From NCBI GenBank assembly GCA_937901905.1, contig CALDIF010000084.1, positions 8,290-72,289 on the forward strand: a DNA stretch of 64,000 nucleotides. Direction: 5' to 3'. The DNA is from an uncultured Porphyromonadaceae bacterium. Its GTDB lineage: Bacteria > Bacteroidota > Bacteroidia > Bacteroidales > Muribaculaceae. Shown here in pieces: positions 30,401 through 39,601 of the stretch. Positions within the stretch are counted from its first letter, which is position 1. Each line of letters starts with the position of its first letter. The notes beneath the pieces were generated by a model. The model had not been told where the DNA came from. It saw only the letters and a list, made by a program, of their open reading frames with translations, and did not search any database. The position numbers were made by a program, and so were the translations under genes.

Positions 30401-32539
30401 TCAATCGACGCGTGCGGTCACCGATGCCTGCTTGCGCAACGTGATTTTGCCGTCAACGGCATCGATGATAATGTCATCGCCGGTAACCGCTGCCGACTGC
30501 AACATCAACTCGCTGAGGGGATCTTCGATCAACGATTGCAATGCACGCCTCAACGGTCGCGCACCGTATTGTGTGTCAAATCCCTCGCTGATAATCACAT
30601 CACGGGCGGCATCGGTCATTGACATCACCCACCCCGCTGCGGCTGCACGCTCGGCAAAGGTCGCAAATTCTATATCAATAATCTGCGATATGTGCTCGCG
30701 TTCAAGCGGGGCGAACGTGATAATATCATCAACACGATTGAGGAATTCGGGCGAGAAAGTGCGGTTCAAAGCCTTGCGAATTACGGCATCGCTACGCTGC
30801 TTATCCACAACCGGGGTATGATAGCCGATTCCTGCACCGAAGTCTTTTAACTCGCGTGTGCCGATATTACCTGTCATTATCACTATCGTATTGCGGAAAC
30901 TGATGTGGCGTCCCACACTGTCGGTGAGTACTCCCTCGTCAAGCACTTGCAGCAACATGTTAAACACGTCGGGGTGAGCCTTCTCAATCTCATCAAAGAG
31001 CACGACGCTGTAAGGGTGACGACGCACTTTCTCGGACAACTGACCACCCTCGTCGTATCCCACGTAACCCGGAGGTGCACCCACCAAGCGCGACACGTTG
31101 AATTTCTCCATATATTCGCTCATGTCAATGCGAATAAGAGCGTCCTCGCTATCGAACAAATACTCGGCAAGACGCTTGGCAAGCAAGGTCTTACCCACAC
31201 CGGTGGGACCGAGGAACAGGAACGAGCCAATGGGTCGATGCGGGTCACGCAGGCCGGCACGATTGCGACGAATTGCACGCGCTATCTTATCAATTGCCTC
31301 ATCTTGTCCTACGACTTGACGCTTGAGTTCGTCGTTCATTGCAAGCAAACGCGAACCTTCGCTTTGCGCTACCCGTTGAGTGGGCACACCGGTCATCATA
31401 GCGACAACAGCGGCAACATCATCTTCGTCAACGGTTACACGTGATTGCAGCGAATCGCTTTGCCACTGCTCGCGCATCTGTTTCACTTGCTTCTCGAGCG
31501 ACTCTTGGCGGTCACGATAAAAAGCGGCTCGCTCAAAGTTTTGTTCATGAGCGGCAGCGAGTTTAAGTTCGCGAGCCTCGGTAAGTTCTCGTTCAAGAGC
31601 CTCGACTTCGGCAGGAACAACAACCTTGGAAATTCGCGAACGCGCTCCCGCTTCGTCCATCGCGTCAAGAGCCTTGTCCGGGAAATGACGATCGGCAACA
31701 TAACGATCGGTGAGTGCCACACAGGCCTGCAACGCGGCATCGGTATAATTCACCTTATGGTGATTTTCATATAAATCCTTGACGTGTCGCAATATTTCAA
31801 GTGTTTGTTCGGCTGTGGTCGGCTCGACAAGAACCTTTTGAAAGCGACGCTCGAGGGCACCGTCTTTCTCGATACTCTTGCGATACTCGTCGAGCGTTGT
31901 CGCGCCTATACACTGTAACTCACCGCGTGCTAAAGCGGGTTTGAGCAGATTGGCGGCATCCATGCTACCCTCGGCGGCACCGGCTCCCACTATATTGTGA
32001 ATTTCGTCGATGAACAGTATGACCTCACTGTGCTCGGTCGCCTCCTCTATTATCGCTTTAATGCGCTCCTCAAATTGGCCGCGATATTTGGTACCGGCGA
32101 CCAGCGAAGCCATGTCAAGCGCGATAATGCGCTTTTCGAGCAACACATGAGGCACTTCACGACGAGTGATGCGCAGTGCCAAGCCCTCTATGATAGCACT
32201 CTTCCCCACCCCGGGTTCACCGACGAGGACGGGATTGTTTTTCTTGCGACGACTCAAAATTTGCGCCAAGCGTTCAATTTCCACTTCACGCCCCACGACG
32301 GGATCCAACTTACCCCGACGCGCTTGAAGAGTGATGTCTTTGCCATACTTGTCGAGCGCGGGCGTGCCGTTGTCAGCAGGCACGTCATTTTGTCGCGTGA
32401 CATTTTGTCGCATCGCGAATTGTCGCCCCTTCTCATGTGGCACATCAGTCTCTTCCTCGTCGGTATCAAAGGCATCAATCACTACCGGCAACGGAGGTGC
32501 AATGTGAGTTGCAAAATTATCTATATCGTTGTGTTTCAT
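30401..32539 (-). CDS. Clp/Hsp100 AAA+ ATPase, ClpC-like (two NBDs and a UVR-like linker) but lacking the Clp N-domain
   Basis: 712 aa. The first Walker A (GEPGVGKSA) sits near residue 110, about 100 residues earlier than in full-length ClpC/ClpB. A UVR-like segment ([17 protein letters not shown]) and a second Walker A (GPTGVGKT) are present. Only 97 nt of spacer lie upstream. Confidence 0.85.
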   Translation of the reverse strand: MKHNDIDNFATHIAPPLPVVIDAFDTDEEETDVPHEKGRQFAMRQNVTRQNDVPADNGTPALDKYGKDITLQARRGKLDPVVGREVEIERLAQILSRRKKNNPVLVGEPGVGKSAIIEGLALRITRREVPHVLLEKRIIALDMASLVAGTKYRGQFEERIKAIIEEATEHSEVILFIDEIHNIVGAGAAEGSMDAANLLKPALARGELQCIGATTLDEYRKSIEKDGALERRFQKVLVEPTTAEQTLEILRHVKDLYENHHKVNYTDAALQACVALTDRYVADRHFPDKALDAMDEAGARSRISKVVVPAEVEALERELTEARELKLAAAHEQNFERAAFYRDRQESLEKQVKQMREQWQSDSLQSRVTVDEDDVAAVVAMMTGVPTQRVAQSEGSRLLAMNDELKRQVVGQDEAIDKIARAIRRNRAGLRDPHRPIGSFLFLGPTGVGKTLLAKRLAEYLFDSEDALIRIDMSEYMEKFNVSRLVGAPPGYVGYDEGGQLSEKVRRHPYSVVLFDEIEKAHPDVFNMLLQVLDEGVLTDSVGRHISFRNTIVIMTGNIGTRELKDFGAGIGYHTPVVDKQRSDAVIRKALNRTFSPEFLNRVDDIITFAPLEREHISQIIDIEFATFAERAAAAGWVMSMTDAARDVIISEGFDTQYGARPLRRALQSLIEDPLSELMLQSAAVTGDDIIIDAVDGKITLRKQASVTARVD

Positions 32540-32636
32540 TTAATTAACAGTCTTGTCAACATTAAGTGGTCATAATGACACTATAGGCACACACGGCAGT
32601 GTACCCACTTTGACAACTGCAAATGGCGTGCCATTA

Positions 32637-33872
32637 TCACTCCACTCTCATTGACGCACCCGGTTGCACTCGCGACACTATGGTTGACGGCAACCACAGG
32701 GCAAGCAATGCGACCGCAATGAACCCCAAATTCAACAACAATATTTCACCTACCGGGATCACGACCGGCACACTGTTCATGTAGTAAGACACGGGGTCGA
32801 GTTTGATGATGTGAAAATGTTGTTGAAGCAACATGAGTGTTATTGCCAACACATTACCTATTACCATTGCTTGCACGACGACCTTGGCGGTCATGGCAAT
32901 AAAGACGGTTCGCACCCCTGCATTGCCGGTGCCGAGAGCCTTGAGTAAACCGATAGTCCTCGTGCGTCGCAGCACAATCATCAACAACGTCGATATAACT
33001 GCAAAACAACTCACTATAAGCATCAACACGATTATCACAGCCACGTTGGTGTCGAGCATGTCAAGCCACGCGAAAAATGAACGATGTTTCATTGTTACCG
33101 GCACCATAGTATATTGTTGTGAACTATCAGCATTTACCATTAAGGCTGCGTAAAGTGAGATAGCGACCGCTTCGCTCTCAACGGGATCTTTGAGGGTTAT
33201 CTCAACAGTGTGACACCGGGTTGTGTCACTACCGGTCATCACTTCGAGCAATGCCTTGTTGCCTATCGCCGTCATGCGGTCGAAAGCATCTAATTGTGTG
33301 TTAAAAACACCGACGACAGTCAACTTGCGCACCTTGATGCCATTAACGGCAAAGTAGGCATTCACACGTTCTCCTACATTCAATGACAAACGGTCGGCAA
33401 CGGTCTCGGACAGTATTATTGCTGTAGTATCGGTCGGGGACGGCATGGTACCATCCACTATGCAGCCGGCGAGATATTCGCCGTCATAATCACGATCCAC
33501 GCCGCGAAGTTGCAATGCTTCAAAATCATGCTCGGTTTTGAGCATCAACGGCTCGATCATCGTGCCGGTAACCGACGTTATGCAGGCTCGCATCTTGGGG
33601 TCGGCATTCACTACCGACCTCACATCATTGATGTTAATCATCGCGCTGTCGCCCAGCGAAGGCATCCACGCGTCATATACCTCGATGTGGGGCACCAAAC
33701 CGTATAATTTCCCCTCTATTGTTCGTTTAAATCCTGTTGTGACGCACAACGACACAATCATCACCGCCACTGCAATGGCAATAGTAGTTATCGCTACCGC
33801 ACGATTAACCGTTGTGCGCTCGCCGTCGCCATTGAGACTTAGCCTCCGGGCTATATAAATCCATCGGTTCAT
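32637..33872 (-). CDS. FtsX-like ABC transporter permease (LolC/E-like)
   Basis: 411 aa. It has an N-terminal TM helix, a large periplasmic loop (MacB_PCD-like) and three C-terminal TM helices with LLKALG. Confidence 0.75.
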   Translation of the reverse strand: MNRWIYIARRLSLNGDGERTTVNRAVAITTIAIAVAVMIVSLCVTTGFKRTIEGKLYGLVPHIEVYDAWMPSLGDSAMININDVRSVVNADPKMRACITSVTGTMIEPLMLKTEHDFEALQLRGVDRDYDGEYLAGCIVDGTMPSPTDTTAIILSETVADRLSLNVGERVNAYFAVNGIKVRKLTVVGVFNTQLDAFDRMTAIGNKALLEVMTGSDTTRCHTVEITLKDPVESEAVAISLYAALMVNADSSQQYTMVPVTMKHRSFFAWLDMLDTNVAVIIVLMLIVSCFAVISTLLMIVLRRTRTIGLLKALGTGNAGVRTVFIAMTAKVVVQAMVIGNVLAITLMLLQQHFHIIKLDPVSYYMNSVPVVIPVGEILLLNLGFIAVALLALWLPSTIVSRVQPGASMRVE

Positions 33873-33882
33873 GGGTAATGAT

Positions 33883-34728
33883 TCACTTCTTCAACCCTTC
33901 AGTTCTATCAAAATCGGTCAGGTTTTCAACATCGGCACGGGTTAGGGAATCCAAGTCGGGGAAGAAATGCAGTCCCGTTACCCGCTCCACCTGTGACAAC
34001 GAATAGGTGTATAACTCCTTCTTGTCCTTGTCAGATGAATTACGATAGATAAAACCGATAGCGCGCGGCCCGTTGAGGCACAATACAACCTTGAAAAAAG
34101 CGTCGGGTACAGCGACTTGATTTTCTCCGATGAATTGCATTGTGTTGCTCTTGAAATACATCGGACCGGTGACGATGTATATGTCACCGTATTGTTCAGC
34201 CCACTTGCGACATGAATTTTCTATTGTGTTCCAAGCACCGGTATTGAGACTCCGGTCTTGCGGGCATATATTGGTCAGCAGGAACGTCTTGCTCATCGCC
34301 TCATAATTCCACTTGTTGTCACCTGCCGGACACAAGTGACCGCGAGTGTAACCGCTCTTCTTGTAATCGATATTACAGGCGCGTGGCATGGGCACATCGG
34401 TGTCCTCACGATAGTCGTTGGTGCGAGGTATCGGTCCGGTAGTGTGCGAGCCGTACAGATGCCATGCGACCCAATTGGGGCAGCGAGTATCACAATTGTA
34501 GGACACCACGTAGGACTTACGGACAAGCATCTGCTCGGATACACCCTCGATAGGTGACACTGTACCGACACCATGGAAATCGGTGGGGTCGTCAACACGC
34601 ACCGGCTGCTCGACAGGAGGTGTGCTGACAAAGGCTGCCGACTCGGCTGCCGATAATTTTTCGTCTTTGCTATGGGTGCACGACACACATAGCAACAACG
34701 ACAATGATATGACAAGTAACTTATTCAT
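33883..34728 (-). CDS. DNA/RNA non-specific endonuclease (NucA/Endonuclease_NS family), lipoprotein
   Basis: Lipobox LLCVSCT and active-site region GYTRGHLCPAGD (RGH motif). Confidence 0.88.
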   Translation of the reverse strand: MNKLLVISLSLLLCVSCTHSKDEKLSAAESAAFVSTPPVEQPVRVDDPTDFHGVGTVSPIEGVSEQMLVRKSYVVSYNCDTRCPNWVAWHLYGSHTTGPIPRTNDYREDTDVPMPRACNIDYKKSGYTRGHLCPAGDNKWNYEAMSKTFLLTNICPQDRSLNTGAWNTIENSCRKWAEQYGDIYIVTGPMYFKSNTMQFIGENQVAVPDAFFKVVLCLNGPRAIGFIYRNSSDKDKKELYTYSLSQVERVTGLHFFPDLDSLTRADVENLTDFDRTEGLKK

Positions 34729-34737
34729 TCTTTTCTT

Positions 34738-34773
34738 GACTGTTGCGCATGCAAAGACTGTTGCGCATGCAAA
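34738..34773. repeat. Perfect tandem duplication of the 18-mer GACTGTTGCGCATGCAAA
   Basis: Read directly from the sequence. It lies in the divergent promoter region between the nuclease gene and the ABC-importer operon. The second copy runs into the -7 box at 34770-34777. Confidence 0.9.
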
Positions 34774-34777
34774 GTTA
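34770..34777 (-). promoter_or_regulatory. -7 box (TAACTTTG on the minus strand) for the nuclease gene
   Basis: The plus strand reads CAAAGTTA, 42 nt upstream of the ATG at 34728. Confidence 0.45.
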
Positions 34778-34870
34778 GTAAAACAAAACTTGTGTTACAA
34801 CTTTTGTTGCTCCATATCGGATTTGACAACTTGTAAACTTCATTTGTCTTGTCATATCAAGGAAAATCGT

Positions 34871-34878
34871 TAATTTTG
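34871..34878 (+). promoter_or_regulatory. -7 box TAATTTTG for the ABC importer operon
   Basis: Lies 25 nt upstream of the ATG at 34904. Confidence 0.45.
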
Positions 34879-34903
34879 CAGTAAATAATGCGATTTGAAT
34901 GTG

Positions 34904-36007
34904 ATGAATTTCCGTTTATTGATACTTTTGTTGGCATTGGTGTCATTGGGTTGTAGGCGTGCCGACACCAATATCGACCCGAACACAGTTAAGGACGAAG
35001 CGCCCACGGCATCACTACTAACCCTTGTCACTCACGACAAATACACCCTCGCCACGATAGATAACCCGTGGGGCAAAGGTGTGTTGCGTCAATATGCTCT
35101 CGTGCCTCGCAATACCGATTTACCCGACTCTTTACCTGCAGGTGCGGTCGTTGTACGCACCCCGATACAACGGGCACTGGTATATTCGGTGGTACACAGC
35201 AGTTTGTTAAAAGAATTGGGTGGCGGCGATGCTATTGGCGGTGTTGTTGATGCCATGTTTTTCACCGACCCCGAGGTTGGCGATGCCGTTAAAGCCGGCA
35301 CTATTGCCGACTGCGGTTCGAGTGCTGCACCCGACATCGAAAAAATCATCGCCTTGCAGCCCGATGCCGTTATTTTGGACACTTACCAGAGTTTCAGTTA
35401 TGGGCAGTTGAGCCACACGTCGGCACCCGTCATCGAATGTGCCGACTATATGGAAACGACTCCGTTAGGTCGTGCCGAATGGGTGAAATTTTATGGAACC
35501 TTGATTGGTCAACGCGAGCGAGCCGACTCGCTCTTCAACGCAGTAAAAGAGAGTTACCAATCGACCCGGTCACAGTGCGCCACTGCCAAGCGTCGACCTC
35601 GCGTACTGACCGAGACTGTCATCAGCGGCATTTGGAATGTCCCCGGCGGCAACAGTTACATGGCACGGTTGCTCGACGATGCCGGCGGTGACTACCCGTG
35701 GCGAGACACCGACAGTGCCGGCTCGTTGAACCTTGACATCACGAGCGTACTCGCGACAGCGCAAGATGCCGACGTGTGGCTCATCAAGTCGTTCAATATT
35801 CACACCCTTTCCGACTTGCTTGCCGCCAATGCGCTCAACGCCGAGTTTGCCGCTTACAAGTCGGGCAATGTGTACGTGTGCGACACCAACCGTTCGCGCT
35901 TGTACGAGAAATTTCCGTTTCACCCCGACGTGCTGTTGAGAGAATATCACAACATCTTCATCGGCAAGGATAAGGAGTTGATTTTTTTCAAGCGCATTGA
36001 CCGATGA
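34904..36007 (+). CDS. ABC transporter substrate-binding lipoprotein (FecB/BtuF-type, iron-chelate or cobalamin)
   Basis: MNFRLLILLLALVSLGCRR gives a lipobox, and the body is Peripla_BP_2-like (IIALQPDAVIL). The ATG at 34904 is preferred over the TTG at 34895. Confidence 0.8.
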   Translation: MNFRLLILLLALVSLGCRRADTNIDPNTVKDEAPTASLLTLVTHDKYTLATIDNPWGKGVLRQYALVPRNTDLPDSLPAGAVVVRTPIQRALVYSVVHSSLLKELGGGDAIGGVVDAMFFTDPEVGDAVKAGTIADCGSSAAPDIEKIIALQPDAVILDTYQSFSYGQLSHTSAPVIECADYMETTPLGRAEWVKFYGTLIGQRERADSLFNAVKESYQSTRSQCATAKRRPRVLTETVISGIWNVPGGNSYMARLLDDAGGDYPWRDTDSAGSLNLDITSVLATAQDADVWLIKSFNIHTLSDLLAANALNAEFAAYKSGNVYVCDTNRSRLYEKFPFHPDVLLREYHNIFIGKDKELIFFKRIDR

Positions 36008-37038
36008 ACGGACACCGATTTACCATAGTAATGGGGATAACAGGCTTGTTGCTTGTAATTACTGCCGTGGCTTGTTTACTGCACGGCACGGTAGACATTG
36101 ATGCCCTTGCCGTGTGGCACGCGTTGACCGGCCAGGGTAGCGGCAATCACGCGTGGGATATAATTGTTGTCCACAGCCGCTTGCCCATGATAGTGACAGC
36201 GGCTCTGTGCGGAGCGGCTCTGTCGGTAGCCGGTCTGTTGTTGCAAACGACATTTGACAATCCCCTCGCGGGACCGTCAATATTGGGGGTGTCAAGCGGG
36301 GCGGGTCTCGGTGTTGCCATCGTGATGCTCGCCATGGGCGGGACGGCACCGGGCATGGCAGACTTGCAACTGAGTGCCGGTGTCACAGTACTTGCCGCCG
36401 CATGGCTGGGTGCCATTGCTGTGCTCGCTATACTGATAGCCATGGCATCAATAGTGCGCAACAGCACCATGCTACTCATCGTGGGCATTCTTGTCAGTTA
36501 CTTGACAGGTAGCATTATTTCTTTGTTAAACTCGGTTGCCAACGAACAAGGTGTTCACAGTTATGTGGCATGGGGGTTAGGCACGTTCGGCGGTGTGAGC
36601 ACAGCACAACTGCCCCTTTACAGTGCAGTCATTATCATTGCTATAATCGGAGCGTTCTTGATGATCAAGCCACTCAACGCACTGTTATTGGGGACACGAT
36701 ATGCCGAGAACCTCGGAGTCAACACGCGACGAACACGAGTAATACTGCTATTGTTAACAGGAGTACTCACAGCAACAGTGACCGCCTACTGCGGTCCCAT
36801 AGGCTTCATTGGACTTGTAGTACCACACATCGCACGCCTCGCCCTCGGCACCGGAAATCACACTCACCTCATACCGGCATCAGCCCTAATGGGAGCGGTT
36901 GTAACACTATTGTGTGCTTTATTAAGCGTGAGCGGTCCTCACGGAGTCATTCCAATCAATGCAATCACTCCGATTATCGGTGTTCCCGTGATCATCTATA
37001 TCATTATCAACCGTCGACGCATCAACTACTTCAACTGA
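36004..37038 (+). CDS. FecCD/BtuC-family ABC permease
   Basis: 344 aa and very hydrophobic. It has NPLAGPSILGVSSGA and GPIGFIGLVVPH motifs. Its ATG overlaps the upstream stop (ATGA). Confidence 0.9.
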   Translation: MNGHRFTIVMGITGLLLVITAVACLLHGTVDIDALAVWHALTGQGSGNHAWDIIVVHSRLPMIVTAALCGAALSVAGLLLQTTFDNPLAGPSILGVSSGAGLGVAIVMLAMGGTAPGMADLQLSAGVTVLAAAWLGAIAVLAILIAMASIVRNSTMLLIVGILVSYLTGSIISLLNSVANEQGVHSYVAWGLGTFGGVSTAQLPLYSAVIIIAIIGAFLMIKPLNALLLGTRYAENLGVNTRRTRVILLLLTGVLTATVTAYCGPIGFIGLVVPHIARLALGTGNHTHLIPASALMGAVVTLLCALLSVSGPHGVIPINAITPIIGVPVIIYIIINRRRINYFN

Positions 37039-37040
37039 CA

Positions 37041-37808
37041 ATGGGAGCGATTTTGACAACCCACTCGCTGGAGGTGGGATATGACGGCAAGCCTCTTCTC
37101 GGCAACATGACACTCTCGCTTCACGGTGGTGAGATGACAGCCTTGCTGGGACGCAACGGCGCGGGTAAATCCACGTTGTTGAAAGTGCTGACTCGCGCCG
37201 AACGACCTTTAGGCGGGACAATCACCGTTAACGGGCGTGAAATATGGCAATACACTGCGTCGCAGTGGGCTCGCACGATGTCTGTCGTCACCACCGAACG
37301 CACTATGGTTGGAGCGTTAACGGTCACCGAGGTCGTCTCGTTGGGCAGACAACCGCACACGGGTGTGCTGGGGCGACTTAACGCTACCGACCGCGACATC
37401 GTGCGACATGCGATTGACGCAGTGGGCATGAACGACCTGGCAACGCGCTATTTCGCTTCGCTGAGCGATGGTGAGCGACAAAAGGCGATGATAGCGCGCG
37501 CGATAGCCCAACAAACACTGATTATCGTTCTTGATGAACCGACAGCGTTTCTCGACGTGGCAAGCCGCATCGAGACGATGCAACTGCTACACGACATTGC
37601 CCGTACCGAGGGCGTTGCCGTGTTGCTAAGCAGTCACGACGTGAGTCAATCGGTCACCGTTGCCGACAAGTTATGGGTTATTGACAGTGCGAGACGGTTG
37701 CACGACGGCACGCCCGACGAGATCATCGGCAAGGGCACAATGAATAATGTGTTTGAAAATCAGCACATTCGTTTCGACCGCACCCGTTTGGACTACTACA
37801 TGGAATAG
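37041..37808 (+). CDS. ABC transporter ATP-binding protein (FecE/BtuD-like)
   Basis: Walker A GRNGAGKST, signature LSDGERQ and Walker B IIVLDEPT. The true start is MGAILTTHSLEV at 37041. The ORF-track 5' extension from 36570 overlaps the permease and is spurious. Confidence 0.9.
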   Translation: MGAILTTHSLEVGYDGKPLLGNMTLSLHGGEMTALLGRNGAGKSTLLKVLTRAERPLGGTITVNGREIWQYTASQWARTMSVVTTERTMVGALTVTEVVSLGRQPHTGVLGRLNATDRDIVRHAIDAVGMNDLATRYFASLSDGERQKAMIARAIAQQTLIIVLDEPTAFLDVASRIETMQLLHDIARTEGVAVLLSSHDVSQSVTVADKLWVIDSARRLHDGTPDEIIGKGTMNNVFENQHIRFDRTRLDYYME

Positions 37809-37824
37809 TCCCTATTCCCGACAG

Positions 37825-38415
37825 TTATATCTCGCGTATAACGCGACACGGATTACCGGCGGCGAGCACTCCGGCGGGAATGTCGTGCGTCACCACGCTG
37901 CCGGCACCTATCACCGTGTTACTGCCGATAGTCACACCGGGCACCACGGTTACGTTTCCACCGATCCACACGTTGTCACCAACCGTAATCGGTAATGAAT
38001 ACTCCAAGCCCCTATTGCGTTGCTCTACATCAAGAGGGTGACCGGCAGTATAGAAACTGCAATTGGGACCGAGAAACACATGGTCACCGAACGTAACACG
38101 CGCCTCATCGAGAATCATAAGATTGGCATTGGCAAAAAAATCCTCACCGACCTCAATGTTAAACCCGTAATCACACATGAAGGGCGAGATTATTTTAAAA
38201 CGCTCACCCGTGTGACCCAACAAAGTACGCATCAAGGTAGCACGCCCCTCAAGGTCGCTCGGCAACATCATGTTATAGCGGTGACACGCGTCGTGGCATC
38301 GGTCTAACAACTCAAGCAACTCGGGGTAACCCACAGCATCGTACAGGTCACCACTCATCATCTCTCGCAATATTTCTTCTATCGTCTTCACTGCGCTGCA
38401 ATTATTTTCGGTCAT
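37825..38415 (-). CDS. maa: Sugar O-acetyltransferase (maltose/galactoside acetyltransferase family)
   Basis: 196 aa with a Mac N-terminal region plus hexapeptide repeats ([27 protein letters not shown]). Confidence 0.85.
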   Translation of the reverse strand: MTENNCSAVKTIEEILREMMSGDLYDAVGYPELLELLDRCHDACHRYNMMLPSDLEGRATLMRTLLGHTGERFKIISPFMCDYGFNIEVGEDFFANANLMILDEARVTFGDHVFLGPNCSFYTAGHPLDVEQRNRGLEYSLPITVGDNVWIGGNVTVVPGVTIGSNTVIGAGSVVTHDIPAGVLAAGNPCRVIREI

Positions 38416-38429
38416 AACTCACGCGTCCG

Positions 38430-39395
38430 TCACTCGTCAAGGTCAATCAACACATATTGCTTCGACCCCAAACCTATCATTTCGGCATAGTCGGTAATAT
38501 AAGTGCCGTGCTGACGATTGATGCGCTCGATGAGAGGTTTGTTGTCATCACCCGGGCGACCGCTGTAATTGAACACCTTGTCAAGACATGCCTGATCGAC
38601 GGCAACGGGGTCGAGCGATGCCATGATGCCCATGTCCTGCAACTCGGGTTTTGCAGGGTGACCGTCGCAGTCACAGTCGACCGACATATTATTCATAACG
38701 TTGATGTAAATCACACGACCGCCGAAGTAATTGTGAACGGCTTGAGCAGCGGCAGCCATCGACTCGAGGAAATCGTCCTGGGTGGGACCGGCTGCGATAT
38801 ACTCGGGTGTCCACGTCAACTGTGCATCGGTCGTCTTACCTGCCGAGTGAATATAGGCCTTGCCTGCAGTTGAGGCGACTCCGATGCTCGCATTCTTGAG
38901 CACACCACCAAATCCGCCCATAGCATGTCCCTTGAAATGAGCAAGATTAATCATGAAGTCATACCCCATGAGGTGTTCGCCTACAATATCATATTTCAGG
39001 TGACGCTTGTCCTTGATTGGAATGCGTATTTCGCCGAACTCGTCCATCAGGTCGACGGCAAAGATCGAGTCGAAACCGTGTTCATGAATTGTTTCCCAAT
39101 GTTTTAGAGGATCTTGACGCGAGCCTCCATAGGCGGTACAACATTCAACTATTGTCCCGTTAACCTCATCAACGAGATTTCTAATCAGTGTCGGTTTCAA
39201 GTAATGGTTATTACCGCCCTCGCCTGTTGAGATCTTCACTGCCACGCGCCCGGTTGCCTCGCAATCCAACGCTTTGTAAATCTTCACTAACGACTCGGGA
39301 GTTATCTCACCGGTAAAATACACTTTCGACTGCGCATAAGTCATCACGTTCGTCACCAGCAACAATGCGGTTAATATCAATCTGCTCGTTTTCAT
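38430..39395 (-). CDS. DUF362 domain-containing protein, secreted
   Basis: The start at 39395 (MKTSRLILTALLLVTNVMTYAQ) gives a signal peptide. The body (VYFTGEITPESL...VAVKISTGEGGN...HFKGHAMGGFGG) matches my memory of DUF362. Confidence 0.6.
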   Translation of the reverse strand: MKTSRLILTALLLVTNVMTYAQSKVYFTGEITPESLVKIYKALDCEATGRVAVKISTGEGGNNHYLKPTLIRNLVDEVNGTIVECCTAYGGSRQDPLKHWETIHEHGFDSIFAVDLMDEFGEIRIPIKDKRHLKYDIVGEHLMGYDFMINLAHFKGHAMGGFGGVLKNASIGVASTAGKAYIHSAGKTTDAQLTWTPEYIAAGPTQDDFLESMAAAAQAVHNYFGGRVIYINVMNNMSVDCDCDGHPAKPELQDMGIMASLDPVAVDQACLDKVFNYSGRPGDDNKPLIERINRQHGTYITDYAEMIGLGSKQYVLIDLDE

Positions 39396-39422
39396 AGTTT
39401 GATTGTCATTTAAATTTTGCAA

Positions 39423-39430
39423 CAAAGATA
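39423..39430 (-). promoter_or_regulatory. -7 box (TATCTTTG on the minus strand) for the DUF362 gene
   Basis: The plus strand reads CAAAGATA, 28 nt upstream of the ATG at 39395. This supports the shorter start. Confidence 0.45.
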
Positions 39431-39601
39431 CAACTTTATTTTTACAGTTTACACCTTTAGCCGCTAACAATCGTTCGGCAACACCCATTGCACTGCTGAC
39501 AGGACGTGGGGCGAACGAAAACAAGAGGGTGCGTCACGACCTTGACACACCCCCTTTTATCGGCAACCTGTCGTGTAGCGGCAGTTACCGCTTACATGAT
39601 T

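Noticed and set aside
36570-37040. The 5' extension of the ABC ATPase ORF, which the track gives as 412 aa starting at 36570.
   Set aside because: The extension overlaps the FecCD permease in another frame and translates to low-complexity, His/Arg/Ser-rich text. The conserved ATPase starts at MGAILTTHSLEV (37041), 3 nt after the permease stop.
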